A DNA stretch of 64,000 nt from Paraphysomonas bandaiensis (taxonomy: Eukaryota; Protista; Chrysophyceae): the NCBI GenBank assembly GCA_965644295.1, contig CBFFRP010000168.1, positions 58,640 to 122,639 of the forward strand, read 5' to 3'. The notes under the pieces were generated by a model. The model did not search any database and was not told the DNA's origin. It was given only the letters and a program-made list of their open reading frames with translations. The position numbers were made by a program, and so were the translations under genes. Shown here piece by piece: positions 12,975 to 25,983 of this stretch. The stretch's first letter is position 1. Each line of letters begins with the position of its first letter.

Positions 12975-13795
12975 CATACAACAATCAACAACTACTCGTC
13001 AATATCATATAGTTAAGTTAGAATGTAGTTTTGTTGAACCGAATTTGAAGCTGAATATCTATATATATTCCCTGCGCTAGTACTAGCGTTCTGTTGAAAC
13101 CAATTCAGGTCAAAGAGGGCAATAAGGAAGCTACTTTGTCTCGCACTCAAATTTGAAACGAGAGCGAAAAGCCCGAAATTTGAAATTTAGACAAGGGATG
13201 AAACTCCCTATCCTAGGTTAAATTGTAGCTTAAATTGTAATATTAGACTGTATAGCTATTTTTAGCCCGCTCTTAGAAGTAAAAGGTGTTCCCTGATACC
13301 TGATTAATATGAAGAAAACAAATGATACCTCATTGCTTCTAATCAAAGGTATAAGACGTATAAGATAGATTCTTAAACCTAATATTAAAGATATGAGCGT
13401 TCTGTTGAACCCAATTCAGGTCAAAAAGGCATCTTGATACAAAATGGGGATAATATAGCATATTGCTATATTTCTATACTGTGCACTGGCTTAAAAGATA
13501 ACTATCGCAGTGTAATGTTTTATCTGGTCGACCAATCAATATTTTTACGATATGTGATTCCTTAGCCCTAGTCCAGACATTACACAACGTGAATATGAGT
13601 ACACAATATCTTTATCCCCATTTTGTCTCAACAGGGCGCTTTTATTTGATCTGATTTGGGCTCAACAGGGCGCCCATATCAGCACCGGGCTAATATAGAC
13701 ATTCAACTTCAATATTCGGTTCAATAGAAGCTCACTTCTATCCTAAGTATGATAATGACAGTCGTATGTACAGTCGTATGACAATCGTATAGTAC
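12975..13795. repeat. Degenerate inverted-repeat element overlapping the MITE below
   Basis: TTGAACCGAATTTGAAGCTGAATATCTATA (about 13034) is mirrored by TATAGACATTCAACTTCAATATTCGGTTCAA (about 13694). AGCGTTCTGTTGAA.CCAATTCAGGTCAAA at about 13086 and 13396 is mirrored near 13646-13673. Confidence 0.6.
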
Positions 13796-14471
13796 ACAAT
13801 TATAAAGAAACCACAATCATGAGCAAAATACCAAGAGCAGATCATCTAACACTCCAAGTTATATTCCATCCTTCGACTGTTGTCTAAGATCACAAGGATG
13901 TCAGTGCAAGTGATCTGTCTTCATTATGATATCCAGGACTTCGAAACAACTTCAAGAATATTACAGAAGAGTTTCAGTACCATATCTGATGCTATATAGG
14001 TGGTTAGGAGCAGTGGCACCCAGTTCTTTCAGGGTTTGAGCATCGTGCTTCTCATGATATTCTGTGCCTCATATCATACACACATCATTCGATCAGGTGC
14101 ATTTGCAGAGGTAAAGCCTGCTGTATATAAATGTAATGATGATGCTAATTAAGGGAATAAGAAGCCTCTCTTTCACCTTCAACTGTTGTTCACATTCATC
14201 ATCACACTTACAGAATACATATCATTGATTTGAAACTATATGAGTTCTCATTTGTGTTCTTAATGTTAATCAGGGAACATCTCTTTCTTAAAACAGCAAG
14301 CATGTTACAAAGAGCTATACAATCTAATATTAACTTTTCAACGTCATGAGGATAAGCTACATTTTAACCTAGGGATAAGGAGTATCGTCCTTTGTCAAAA
14401 TTTTAAAACTCGGGCTTTTCGCCCTCGTTTCAAAATTTTGAGCGCGGGACGATATAGCCTCCTTATTGCCC
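13117..14471. mobile_element. Non-autonomous TIR element with ~115-bp inverted termini starting GGGC (PIF/Harbinger-like ends); a partial third arm at about 12152-12222
   Basis: GGGCAATAAGGAAGCTA...CCTAGGTTAAATTGTAGCTT (13117-13231) vs AAGCTACATTTTAACCTAGG...TAGCCTCCTTATTGCCC (about 14354-14471). No clear TSD. Confidence 0.65.
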
Positions 14472-14904
14472 GTGGTTAAATATAACTATATGGCAACCAC
14501 TCTACGACAGCTAAACTTCTATGATATTGAAATCTGCTTACATGGAGGACATATGATATATCATCCCTTATCAAAATATTTTCCCTCTTTCTAATATTTT
14601 TGGTCGTCGGATGATTTAAGCTACTTGCGAGGCGTTATTAGATGTAACTATACTTCCTAGTGGTGATAAGAGTGTTCTGTTTGATATCAACAAGTCAAAA
14701 ACACATATTTGTTTGAAACAATATTGGGTTACTTTATAAGCACGACTCCATAGCGACACACCTCAATCACATCGCGCAAGAAATCAATTTATTGCCGAAA
14801 GCGGTATGGAGAATGCTTCATACATTTCATAAGTTACTAAACGTATGCAGTGCCTCATAATTAGTACAAAGGAAAATACATACGGTAGCACGCAGCGCGT
14901 GAAG

Positions 14905-17900
14905 CTAGAGGTGTTCCTCATCTTCATGGACAGGGTTTTTAAATTGCTCAAACTGATAGGGAGACTTAGTCATAATGTTGTCGGTAGTGAAAGAAGACTT
15001 TCTGTCTTTCGAACTGCGGCTTAACCCACTTTCTACAGTTACGAATGGTGTCGACGGCAAACGTGACGACCTTCTGGAAGGGTCAGGATTGTTTCCATCA
15101 TCTCTGGAATTTCTGCGAAGAACATATAGTCCTGCGACGAGGATGGCAACAACAAGGATGGTTAACAATACAAACGTGCCCAACAACAACTCATGATCGG
15201 AAGACGAACCACTGCTTTCAGTGCTAGTACTAGAGGTGTCCGAGCTGGTGTCGCTGTACACATGAGTACATGTACGAGATGAGATATCTCCCGTGTAAAC
15301 CTCGTTATAACACGAGTCATCATTGCCAACATTTAAGTCCGAAAACTGGACGCTATATCCGCCAGTTTCTGTTGGAGAATCATCATTGCTGGGACACGTA
15401 GCATCGGACTGACAGAGAAACTGATATTTATCCGTGCATTGTCTATCTCGCATTTTACCAGTACCATAGAGTATGGCACAGTCAGAACGACCACCAGAAT
15501 TATTGGGTTCCCCTTTATCCCAGTCTGTATATCCCACAGAGAGCCCGTTTTCCCATTCCCAGGTGCCCTCATGATCAATGTCATTGTAACCCAGCCAGAA
15601 TGTACAAGTAGATCGCGGGTTAAACATACGCTCAATGTATTTGTATGTGTCTTCATCAGGTATAGTTGCCAGCCAGCCTCCCCGAGCTTCACATGTTGCT
15701 TTGGCATCCTTCCAGTCATCTTTCGCAGACACAAACCCGTAACACTTGTTATCGTAATACCCACTGCTGAATTCACTCGAACAACAAGAGCCAACATCAC
15801 CATCATCATCTCGAGGGGTTGGTTCGACAGCCTTAGTTTGACACAGGAAATAATTCTTGTCAGAACACTTACGATCCCTCATTTTATTCCCGCAATACAC
15901 AATGGCACAGTCTGAGCTGCCTCCACTAGGTTCATACCGATCCCACAAGGCGTATCCAGTCGAACCGTCGTGATCATATACCCAACTACCTTCGTGAGCA
16001 ATATCATTGTATCCGAGCCAATAGGTCCCCCTAGCTCCAACTCCAAAAGTCTTTGTGATATATTTGTATGTGGATTCGTCAGGAATAGTAGCTAACCATC
16101 CACCTGCTTCCTCACATTCATCTTTAGCGTCATCCCATTTTTCTTTATCACTAGAAATCTTATAGCAGAAACCATCATGATATCCTCCTTCAAAGCCTTC
16201 AGGACAGCTCAATGAAATTTCAGTCTCTTCTGACGCTTCATTGGAGTAAGTTTCACACAAGAAGTCGTACTTGTCAGAACATACGCGGTCACGCATCTTT
16301 CCATTGCTATAAATAATAGCGCAATCCGACTTCCCATAATAATTATTCGGTTCTCCAGAATCCCACATTGTATACCCCGTCGATTCCCCATTTTCCCATA
16401 CCCATTTTTTTTCGTGTGCCATATCGCTGTATCCGATCCAAAAGATACTTGTTTGTTTCGGGTTGAAAGTACTCTCAATGTATTCGTAAGTGTCCTTATC
16501 GTCAATGGTAGCTAACCAACCCCCTCTAGCTTCACACGTGGCCTTGGCGTCACTCCAGTCGTCTTTGGCGGAAATAAACTTGTAACACCTCTCATTGAAA
16601 TACCCACCATCAAAACCAGCAGGGCAGAGAGTCGGGCTCTCTTCCTTTCTCCGCCATGCCACATTACTAATTCCCAGCTTAACATACGGTGGATTTTCGT
16701 CACAGAACGAAGTAAATCGAGGGCGCTTGTTGAATACACTTTCTCCATCAACCCAGACCTCAACAGACCCAACCTTATTTTTATCGCAGTTGAGGTTGAT
16801 TCGAATAACCCAATTAGTCCATACATTCTTTTTCACATCATACACCTCTTGATGTTGACATGTTGGTGCATCCGTAGGTAACTCAGCCCCACACGACTGA
16901 ATATACAACTTAGTACCTTTGTACATTGCCAGAGCAAGGAGTGGGTGAGTGTCATCTACTCTGTCGCCGCGCATGAGTTCCATTAAGTAGGCTAACTCAC
17001 TGATGCCATCATGTTCCCAAGAACCTGGAATTCTCATTCTAAATCCAATCCAGTGAACACCTTCATTGTCTGGAATCACCAAAGAGCGGAGGTGAGATGC
17101 CAGTTTTATCTGGGAGCTATAGCACGTGGGACAGTATGACAAGTCAAAAGAGACGTATCCCTCCTCCTTAGAAGATGCTGGTGTGAGTGAAACAATTCCC
17201 GTTTCCCCATCAATATGTTCCTCCCACTTCGCTAAGCTGTCAAAATCCTCCATAAGTGTTAAGGTTGGGGCAGGTGCATGTGTAGGCGAATAAGTCGGCA
17301 GGGCGGAAGGGTTCAAAGTGGCCGCTGGAGTTGGCGCAAAGGTGCCCATATCTTGAGTCAGGGCATCGGCCAGACCTTGAAGATTAAAGGAATTGTAGTG
17401 GCAAGCAGTATAGTTGAGCAATTCGCGAAGGACATCAATTTTGTCTGCATTAACAGTAGAGCACGTGCTATCACCGGAAAATTCTACAGGCTGAAGTCGA
17501 ACGACTGAAAAGCCCTGGTTCGCTGCACGTACTATCAAAACACATATCAACACCAAGAAAAGAACACTAACCTAGCTGGGATTCTATCCATGACAATGAA
17601 TACTCTAAACTGGCGGGGCGTGATGGATCAGACCAGTAGAGGTCGTCTCCCATAACCGCTCCAGCTGGAAGGTGGTAAACGCCATCCATTATAATGTTCG
17701 GTGCTACCACATCGTCACCTTCAGTGCAATCAATAGGAGTTCCCGCATTGGGAGATGTTTGTCTGTTCCAGTTACATTTGGAACTAATCAGGTCATATGC
17801 TTGATTCTTCATTGCAGTTATAGTGTTGTGATCATAGCGGTTAAATGGTGGTATGAATGATACTGCATATCCAGAAACCACAGATTCAATAATACTCTTT

Positions 17901-19205
17901 GATTGTTTCAAATCATCCTCTTGCCAGGAAAGAGTCTTTCCCTCGAATGATTCGAACTCTAGCGAGTTACTTGCGTAATCGATTAAGGGGTTTCCGGCAA
18001 TACTCTGCAGATATGATACCATCGAGGCACTTTGATCCAAGTAGCTTCCGATAAATCCAATCGTCAGCGGAAGATTGTACGAAATAAACTCATTCACCAC
18101 GGCTTGGAAAACACCTTCACACCACCAGGCTTGAACATTTTCTAGACGAAACGCGACCTTCGGGCGAGTAGGAGTAGGGGAAGGAGTGGGAGACGGGCTA
18201 ACTGATGGATGTTTCGTGGTTGGAGGTATTGATGGTGACGGAGTAGGCACCTGTGAGCTTATTTGCATCGCTCCATCAGTAAAAGTGCGAATGTCCCAAT
18301 GCTGCTGGCCATACATGAGGAGTCGTTGGAGAGCTGCAAGCTTGTGTGTATTTTGCACAGAGCAGTCGGTACTTGTAGCGAATTCCACGGGATGAAGCAT
18401 AACCACTGAGAACCCTTGGCGCTCTATGCAGAAATAAATTAATAACATAGTACTATCACCAGGTGTTATATGAGTACTAACCAATCTGCGCATTGATCCA
18501 TCCAAGCGCACTCGACAAGCTCGGTGGCAGGAGGTAGTCCGTCCAGTAGTCCAATCCCCCAAGTACTGCTCCAGTTGGTAATGAGTAAACGCCATCGACC
18601 ATTATGTTCGGGGCAACTACATCGCTGCCATCGGGACAGTAAACCGGTGTGCCGTAGTATTCAGACCCTTCAGGGTACCATACACACTCACCACTCATTA
18701 TATTCATGCCGACGTTATTCAGGGCATCAAATGTCACATCGTCATATGCATTAAAAGGTGGTATAAATGAATTTGGCGAGATGCCTGTCACGGAGTGGAT
18801 AGTGGAGATAGACTCTTGAAGGTCATATTCCTGCCAGGTCTGTGTTTGGCCAGCAAATGTTTCATGTTTTTGAGAATGACTTGAGAATTCAACAAGAGGG
18901 TTACCCGATAATGATTGAAGGAACGAAACCATAGAGTTGCTTTGGTCAAGATTTTTCCCAATAACCCCTAAATTGATAGGAACATTAGCGGAAAGGAACT
19001 GATGTACCACAGTTTGTGCGATATCTTCACACCACCATGACTGTACGTCTGTTAATAGTCATAACAAAGAGTTAAAACAAATAGATTTCTTATTAAAATC
19101 AAGTATACCATCAAGACGAAACATAACAACTGGCTTGGATGGGGTGGAATAGGCGGATATGGCTATTATCGCCATAGTAATGAGTGCAAGTGAATAATGG
19201 AACAT
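14905..19205 (-). CDS. Type I membrane protein: signal peptide, 2 polysaccharide-deacetylase-like (CE4/DUF2334-type) domains, polysaccharide-lyase-like domain, 3 C-type lectin domains, TM helix and tail; exons 19205-19109, 19048-18482, 18423-17572, 17522-14905
   Basis: In-frame GT-AG introns. Signal peptide MFHYSLALITMAIIAISAYS. Deacetylase motifs FRLDDV, HSQKH, FIPPFN and MLHP. CTL motifs CY, W.DAK..C...GG.LATI, FWIG/YWLG, W..GEPN, DC and FLC, three times. Lyase-like WTNWV...GSVEVWVDG...PYVKLGI. TM helix LLLGTFVLLTILVVAILVAGLYVL followed by RR. Confidence 0.8.
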
Positions 19206-19959
19206 TATAAAGGGAAATCACAATCAATAGAGTCGTGGATTGAGAGGGATGTATGGTTGAATGAGATGAATACAGTAATGGTCAAGGAAATAATAAATAT
19301 AAACCACACTGTATATAATACTATAATAATGTTAACACCAAAATTATGATGACTAACATATGAAACTATACGTATGTTTATCACAACAGCATAATTAGGT
19401 CGAACCTCAACTCTGACTATATGAATGCGTCATTGATTGTGTATCTTGAAACGTCACTGACTTCAAGAAGGGAAATATACTTCGTTTTATTAGATATGAT
19501 GACGTTGATTGTATCGTACACTGATACCAGTAAACTAGTGTTTTTATAGATGAAAATGGGGATATTTTGTGTGAAAAGAGGGGAAAATATAGCACTAACT
19601 TCATGTATTCTTCAATATCATAGTGGTGTGTGTAGCACAAAACCATATGTGTATCTATATCCAAATCTTCCGATATTCGGATACAAAAATCCTTAAACTT
19701 AGAATAAAACCATCAAAATTGTACTTAAAACTAGACATTTTTATGTCCAATGTCATATCGAACACATCGAACTCTATAAAGAATACAAACACATAATAGT
19801 ATGTACATGCCTATATATATGCCTGTATTTGTATACATAAACATACATATACATACATACAGCATATCTCTATAGAAACATACATACATATCTCACTAAA
19901 TATTTAGATATACATCCCATTGCATTACATCCCTCTATACAATACATCTCACGATCAAA

Positions 19960-21833
19960 ATGCCTCAAGATCTAATGCTTCATGTACTTAATCAACACAA
20001 TGCTCCAACAAAAAAGATGGCCTATGGAACAGCTGGATTTAGAGATGAATGGACAGGTTTGCATTCAACATTTATTCGTATGGGAATACTTGCTTCTATA
20101 CGAAGTAGAAGTATAAGTGGAGATTGTGTGGGTATTATGATCACTGCCTCTCATAATACAGAGAAAGATAACGGGATTAAGATTGTGGATACGAATGGTG
20201 GTATGCTCTCACAAGATTGGGAGCCTATAGCTGAAGAGATCGCTAATATATCTGATCCAGAAGATGTATTGGCTTATATAAATAAAATGTGTACTACTTT
20301 AGAATGTACAGATGAATCTATGCCAAGTGTGGTAGTAATTGGACGAGACACGAGGCCACATAGTAGGGAATTATTTGAGTGTGTTCGCGCTGGGGTATCA
20401 GCAGTGGGCGGACAGTACTTTGACCTTGGGGAAGTGACCACCCCGCAACTGCATTTTGTTGTTCATAAGGCTAACGTCAATAAGCAGAAGGGTATTTCTC
20501 TTGATACTTTTGACCCTGTCTCTGCCCTGCAAAATTATTACGACACTTTGCTTCAGGGGTTCCGTAGCCTGCAGCAATCCTCTTCCAATGACCCTCAATG
20601 TCAGGTTGTAATCGATGGCGCATTTGGTGTCGGTGCACTGAGCATTCGTGCATTTATTCAACGCCAAACTGAGTTGTATAGCAATAGCGGTGGCCCTTTG
20701 CTGTCTGTGGATATTCGTAACAATGCATTCGATGGTCCTGTGAATGCCAACTGTGGAGCGGAGACAGTTCAAAAAGGTCAACGTCCCCCTTGTGGTGTAG
20801 AATCATCTGAAGTAAATAAACTGATGTGTTCTTATGATGGGGATGCTGATCGCATTGTGTTTTATACGTTCTTTCCGACAGTCGATAATACTATCAAGTG
20901 GACTCTCTATGATGGAGATAAGATAGCTGCACTAATTGCTACGTTTCTTCAATCCGAACTGCAAGCAGCCGGTCTTCTGAAGCCGTGCCCAGGATCCAGT
21001 AATAAGCGCTCTATGCCATGCACGTTTGGAGTAGTACAGACGGCGTATGCTAATGGAGCCTCTGGCGCATTCCTGAGGTCGAAAGGTATTGATATTACCA
21101 TCACTAAAACTGGAGTAAAGTACCTTCACCACGCCGCCCACAAGTACGATGTCGGAGTATATTTCGAGGCCAATGGGCATGGCACGGTACTATTTTCTGA
21201 GCGTCTGTTGGTCGTCATCGCGTCATATAGAGCCGATGGTAGTGAGAAGAGAAAAGACTTGGCGTTTTCCCGTCTGCAGGTATGGGAGCAGTCGCGTTGT
21301 ATATGTGCACAATAAAATTACATGATGGTTGGACTGTTTAAGTTTTTTCTTTTTGTAGGCTTGCTTGAAAGTAATTAACCAGGCTGTGGGTGATGCTGTG
21401 AGTGATATGCTTCTCTGTATGACAGCACTTCAGGTGTGTATATTCCGTGGCTACATAGTAGGATGGCTTTCTCATTTGTGAACTTTCTTGTGTGTAGATT
21501 CTTGATATCTCTCTCTCTTCTTGGAATGACATGTACAGCGACCTCCCCTCTCGCCAAACCAAAGTGCCCGTCACAAATAAGGACCTTATCACCTGTTCAG
21601 AGGACGAAACCAAGGTGCTACATCCCAGTGCACTACAGCATGAATTGGATTCCGCGATGAGGCCAGTACCCCAGGGGAGATGCTTCGTCCGTCCATCTGG
21701 AACAGAGGACTTCGTACGCGTATACGCTGAGGCCGAGACTCAAGAGGCAGCTGACCAGCTCGCGCTGTCGTGCATACGAGCCATCAATAACCACGTTGGA
21801 ATTGTTGGGGAAATGCCTTTGTCTTTCTGTTAG
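19960..21833 (+). CDS. PGM3: Phosphoacetylglucosamine mutase; exons 19960-21279, 21359-21433, 21498-21833
   Basis: YGTAGFR, ITASHN (catalytic Ser), DGDADR, VQTAYANG, GVYFEANGHGT, INQAVGDA, YSDLPSRQ and FVRPSGTED.VRVYAEA. Confidence 0.95.
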
Positions 21834-22699
21834 AAGCTCGATATGTATATGAAGCTTCCCTAATTTTTGAGAAAACAATATCGTCGTATTGGTCACGTAG
21901 TGAAGTTTTGTGTCAATAAATAACTAGAACTAATATTGTTAAACTCCAAGCCCAGTATGATTAACTTTTCTTACACATAATCGATAAGTGAATTGCAGTA
22001 ATGGATTCTTAACAGCAAATCGTTTTACGAGGCACTTATGCTCATTAGTCACCGCAATATTTAATAATGACTGCCCCATTCCTCAGAGTTTTCATAACAA
22101 TCGATAAGTTACTTTTAGATTAATCAACACTAGCACTTTATTAGGACACGGTTCAGATGCTGCCATGTACTAAGCTGAATCCTAATACAAAAGTGGTTGC
22201 GCCTTCATGATGCTTGCGGTGACGCACAAGCAGCTTTCGTAAGCAACGCTAAAACGTAGGACATCACGGTTATGCACTAGTTTGTTAAATTGTTTTGCTA
22301 CATTAGTTTTGACTCCTACATGCGTATTCCTAATAGTCAGACATTCACTATATACTACATACAATACACAGAGATAGTACATAAACAGTTGTTCTGTTAA
22401 CAGGACTATAGTTATAAATTTAATAATACCCGTTACAAGTATATTTAAAAATTAATATAACAACAGAATATTTTGAAGGGTATTTCGTAAATTATAACAA
22501 CAGCAGTAGTAGAAGATTACCTACAATATACACGACTAATAAAAAGTGTAATAGTGCATTACGTGTATTGTTTTTAATGTAGTTGCTCTATTCGAAGACT
22601 TGTATGAACTTTTCCAGGAACAAGAAATAAATACGTAAGTAACGCCGTAGTATTATGCATTGATTATATCAGATTCTGAAGTTTGTACAAATTAATACA

Positions 22700-24100
22700 C
22701 ATTCTACTATGGAAAAATATTAATATTTGTCATCTTTGATTCCTGTTGTTGCTTTATAATCAAAATATCTTCTTTCAAAATTTCATGACTTTATATTTCC
22801 TCAAATCATCCGGTATAGAGTATAATGTTTCGTCGAAAAGGCTACTCCATCTTCCGGTTTCCCCTGTAGTTTGGGCTTCACCAGGTGAAAATGATTGGTG
22901 TTGTGTGTTATTGTTCACATTCACCGAATTCATTCCATCGTTTATTTCTTTTCCAGAATTATTATTTTTAGAGCGTTTATTATTGGTTACGGTTTCTTCA
23001 ATTTGCACTCGTCATTCACTTGTGTGATAGTTTCATTGATTATAAATTTTTAGGCGTGGTATTTTTAGACGTGAGGTTGTGCCTCACAGGTATGCGATGC
23101 AATTCATGAGGTGAACATGATCTGTCAGTTCATAGTCGCTCAAATCATCCAGTTCAGACCCAGAGGAGAATGTTTTGTCGGATGAGTTACTCCCAATTCC
23201 GGTTTCCACTGTAGTTTGGTCTTCGTCAGATGAAGCAGAAGAGTATTCAGGGATACTCTCAAAATCATTGTCGCTCAAATCATTCAGTACAGATCCAGAG
23301 GAGAAAGTTTGGTCGAAACGGTTATTCCCACTTTCGGTTTCCACTGTAGATTCTATTTCGTCAGATGAACATGATTGGTGTCGAATGCCATTTTCTTGTG
23401 TAAGATTTTCATCATTTTGAGTTCTTGATCTGCTGAGCCTGTTCATCACGGTCATGGGAGGCAATTCTGTAGGTCCAACGCCAGAGCATTGAGCCACAAT
23501 ACGAACCACGATCTTTGGCTGAGGAACTTGTTTATTAGACCCCGTCTTTATTGGCTCCACTCTGAATTGCATAGTGCACTTCCCATTTCTAAGAGGTACT
23601 TGTTTGTCTGGTTTAACCACAGTTCTCTCGGTATCGTTGCATTGAGCACTGCACAGCACGCCTTCGAGCGACGTATCGTTTATCACATTTCCACTCTTAT
23701 CTCTGATACTGACATAGACCATGATGCAATCGTTCTTACGTCTCGGAATGTTGTGGATGTTTTCAACATGTAGTTTTGCCCATATGACGTGATATGTTCT
23801 GTATGACTCACAACTCAGGCGGTCATCGGTGGTCCTCGCATGTATATGAAAACTCCTGCCAATAGTCTTTACTGTAACGGAAAACTCAACATAACCGTCA
23901 GGGGGGATGGTTACACGAACATACACGAACAGTTGGAATATTGTCATTGCTTCCTGAAGTTGTAGAAATGTAGTCACCTCCGTTACCAATATGACCGAAA
24001 AGTGTCATTTGGAATCGATAGTGCAAGTACTCTAATATGAGAGTGATACAATGAAGAGCCTGATGGATCTTCATGGTCCTCGTGAATAGTTTCATCATGC
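22700..24100 (-). pseudogene. Diverged, probably chimeric and frameshifted copy of gene X (copy 1)
   Basis: ORF 23084-23989 matches gene X from VTIPP.GYVEF onward. The C-terminal part continues in a separate ORF (22775-23008). Sequence upstream of about 23930 matches 47500-48045 instead of gene X exons 1-2. Confidence 0.7.
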
Positions 24101-24693
24101 CGCCGTCATATCTATCTGTCTTGGTGCATAGACGCTTTGAGACTACCTCCTGAGCGCTTCCGATCGCTGTTCTCTGTCTTCTTGTCAGTGATATGTAGCA
24201 ATTGGGCCGTTAGTGTGATGATATGATTCCACTCTTCCATGACAGCGTATACCATACCACTATACGTACTATACAGTCACCCCACTACCATACATAACCA
24301 ACGAGACAGCACATATTTCCCAAAATCCTGACATGGTTGTTTTCTATAGCGGAGTCTCGCGATATTTTTGTCTAATATTGACTGATTTCAGGATTTTGGG
24401 AAATACACTCTTCCCACCCATACCTTAATATTAGACTGTTTTTTCCTAAAATCCTGCTATTTACTGCTAGCATTTTTTGTAAGTCAAAATGTCATCAAAA
24501 AGCTGGTTTTTATCGTAAAATCAGTAACATTTGCTCAGTAATCACACTACTGCCTGCTGTACACTACTTAGAAGAGCTCCTCTATGGTTGCATATCAATG
24601 AAGCGACTGCAAGTCTCTCTGAGGAAGAGTTTCAACTCAGATAGGGGATGAAATACGTGGTTGAGAGATTTGTCAATGAAAGCATCGAACTGA

Positions 24694-24933
24694 TTGTCAA
24701 TACGAAGAACACAAGAAGAATTCAACCAAGAAGACCTCATTACTATGAGTCAGTTTGAGGCCAGATGCTATTGGAATGGTATGCGTTATCATTCTGCCCA
24801 AGTTATTCAAGATGCCTTTTGCACGGCTTGTATTCTACATAGTATGCTCTTGGAATATGATGGATTGCGTACCGAATGCGGTAATTCTACTGCTGCTATT
24901 GGGAGAGCCTTAATCATGAATGTACAGATGTAA
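24694..24933 (+). pseudogene. Decayed PIF/Harbinger-type (DDE_Tnp_4-like) transposase C-terminal fragment
   Basis: RYHSAQVIQDAFCTACILHSMLLEYDG resembles the conserved CC(I/V)LHN...DG tail of Harbinger transposases. Upstream sequence is disrupted. Confidence 0.5.
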
Positions 24934-25983
24934 AGGCTGCACGGATGTGGAAGTTACTCCTCCATTGCCACAGCCTTGTGAGGAGAGGGGAGTCCAGACT
25001 ACTGCCTTCTTATCAAAGCGCCTCAGCTTATATCCTTAAGCAGAGCTGCATCACTGACTTGTTAGCCTGCTGGAATAGCAGAGTGATATGAGTATGCAAT
25101 GGAGGATGATGAAGCCGTTGAGGGGGAGGAGCCCTTCGTTCCTCAATACAATAGTGGTGTCAGTGGCTTGCCCAGATGGTCCAGAAGATCAGAATATAGT
25201 TGTGGCGACTATCACCACCCTCAATATTACCTCTAGACTCATCCCAGTAGTATTACCGGAGGATCTTGTCCTGCTCATCTAGAGCTATGTCTTCATAATA
25301 CATAGTACCATGTAGCGAACACGTTGACTAATATCAGCGCAGGGATGGGACGATGTGTATGCCTCAGTTACTTGCGGTCCTACGTCATCAATCAGTGTCC
25401 TCTGAGTACTGGTCAGAGGATACTCCCCTTGAATCCGCATGCATGATATCCCCACAGTATCATTTCATTATATTGTCAATAGCGATATGGTCTTGTTATC
25501 TACTTATGCTTCTGTCATGCCTGTATAATACTGTTAATTTCCGATGTTAACAAATAATTACAGTGTACAGAACAGCAGTACAGTATGATAGATAGCCAGC
25601 AAATAAATGTGATAGAGTTTGCTTTGTTCAGTAATTTCCATTAGTTTATTATTTATTGCTCATTTCTGCAACAAATCTGGATAGTGACAATTTCTTATAT
25701 TAACTATAATAAGCAGAATCATGTGCGGAGCAGCACTGTCATGATAGAGAATGTTGTTTCCATATCTGTGATCTAGAGACCGAGCAAGCGCTAAACTAGA
25801 GACTAGGTGATCATAGATAAACACTAATAGTGTATTATTAGTATTGGTTTTAATGTAGTTTCTCTATTCCAAGACCTGTATGAGTCTTACAGGAACAGGA
25901 AACAAACACGTAAATAACGCCGTATTATTATGTGATTATATCAGATTCTTAAGCTTGTATAAATTAATAACAAATTGCACTAA

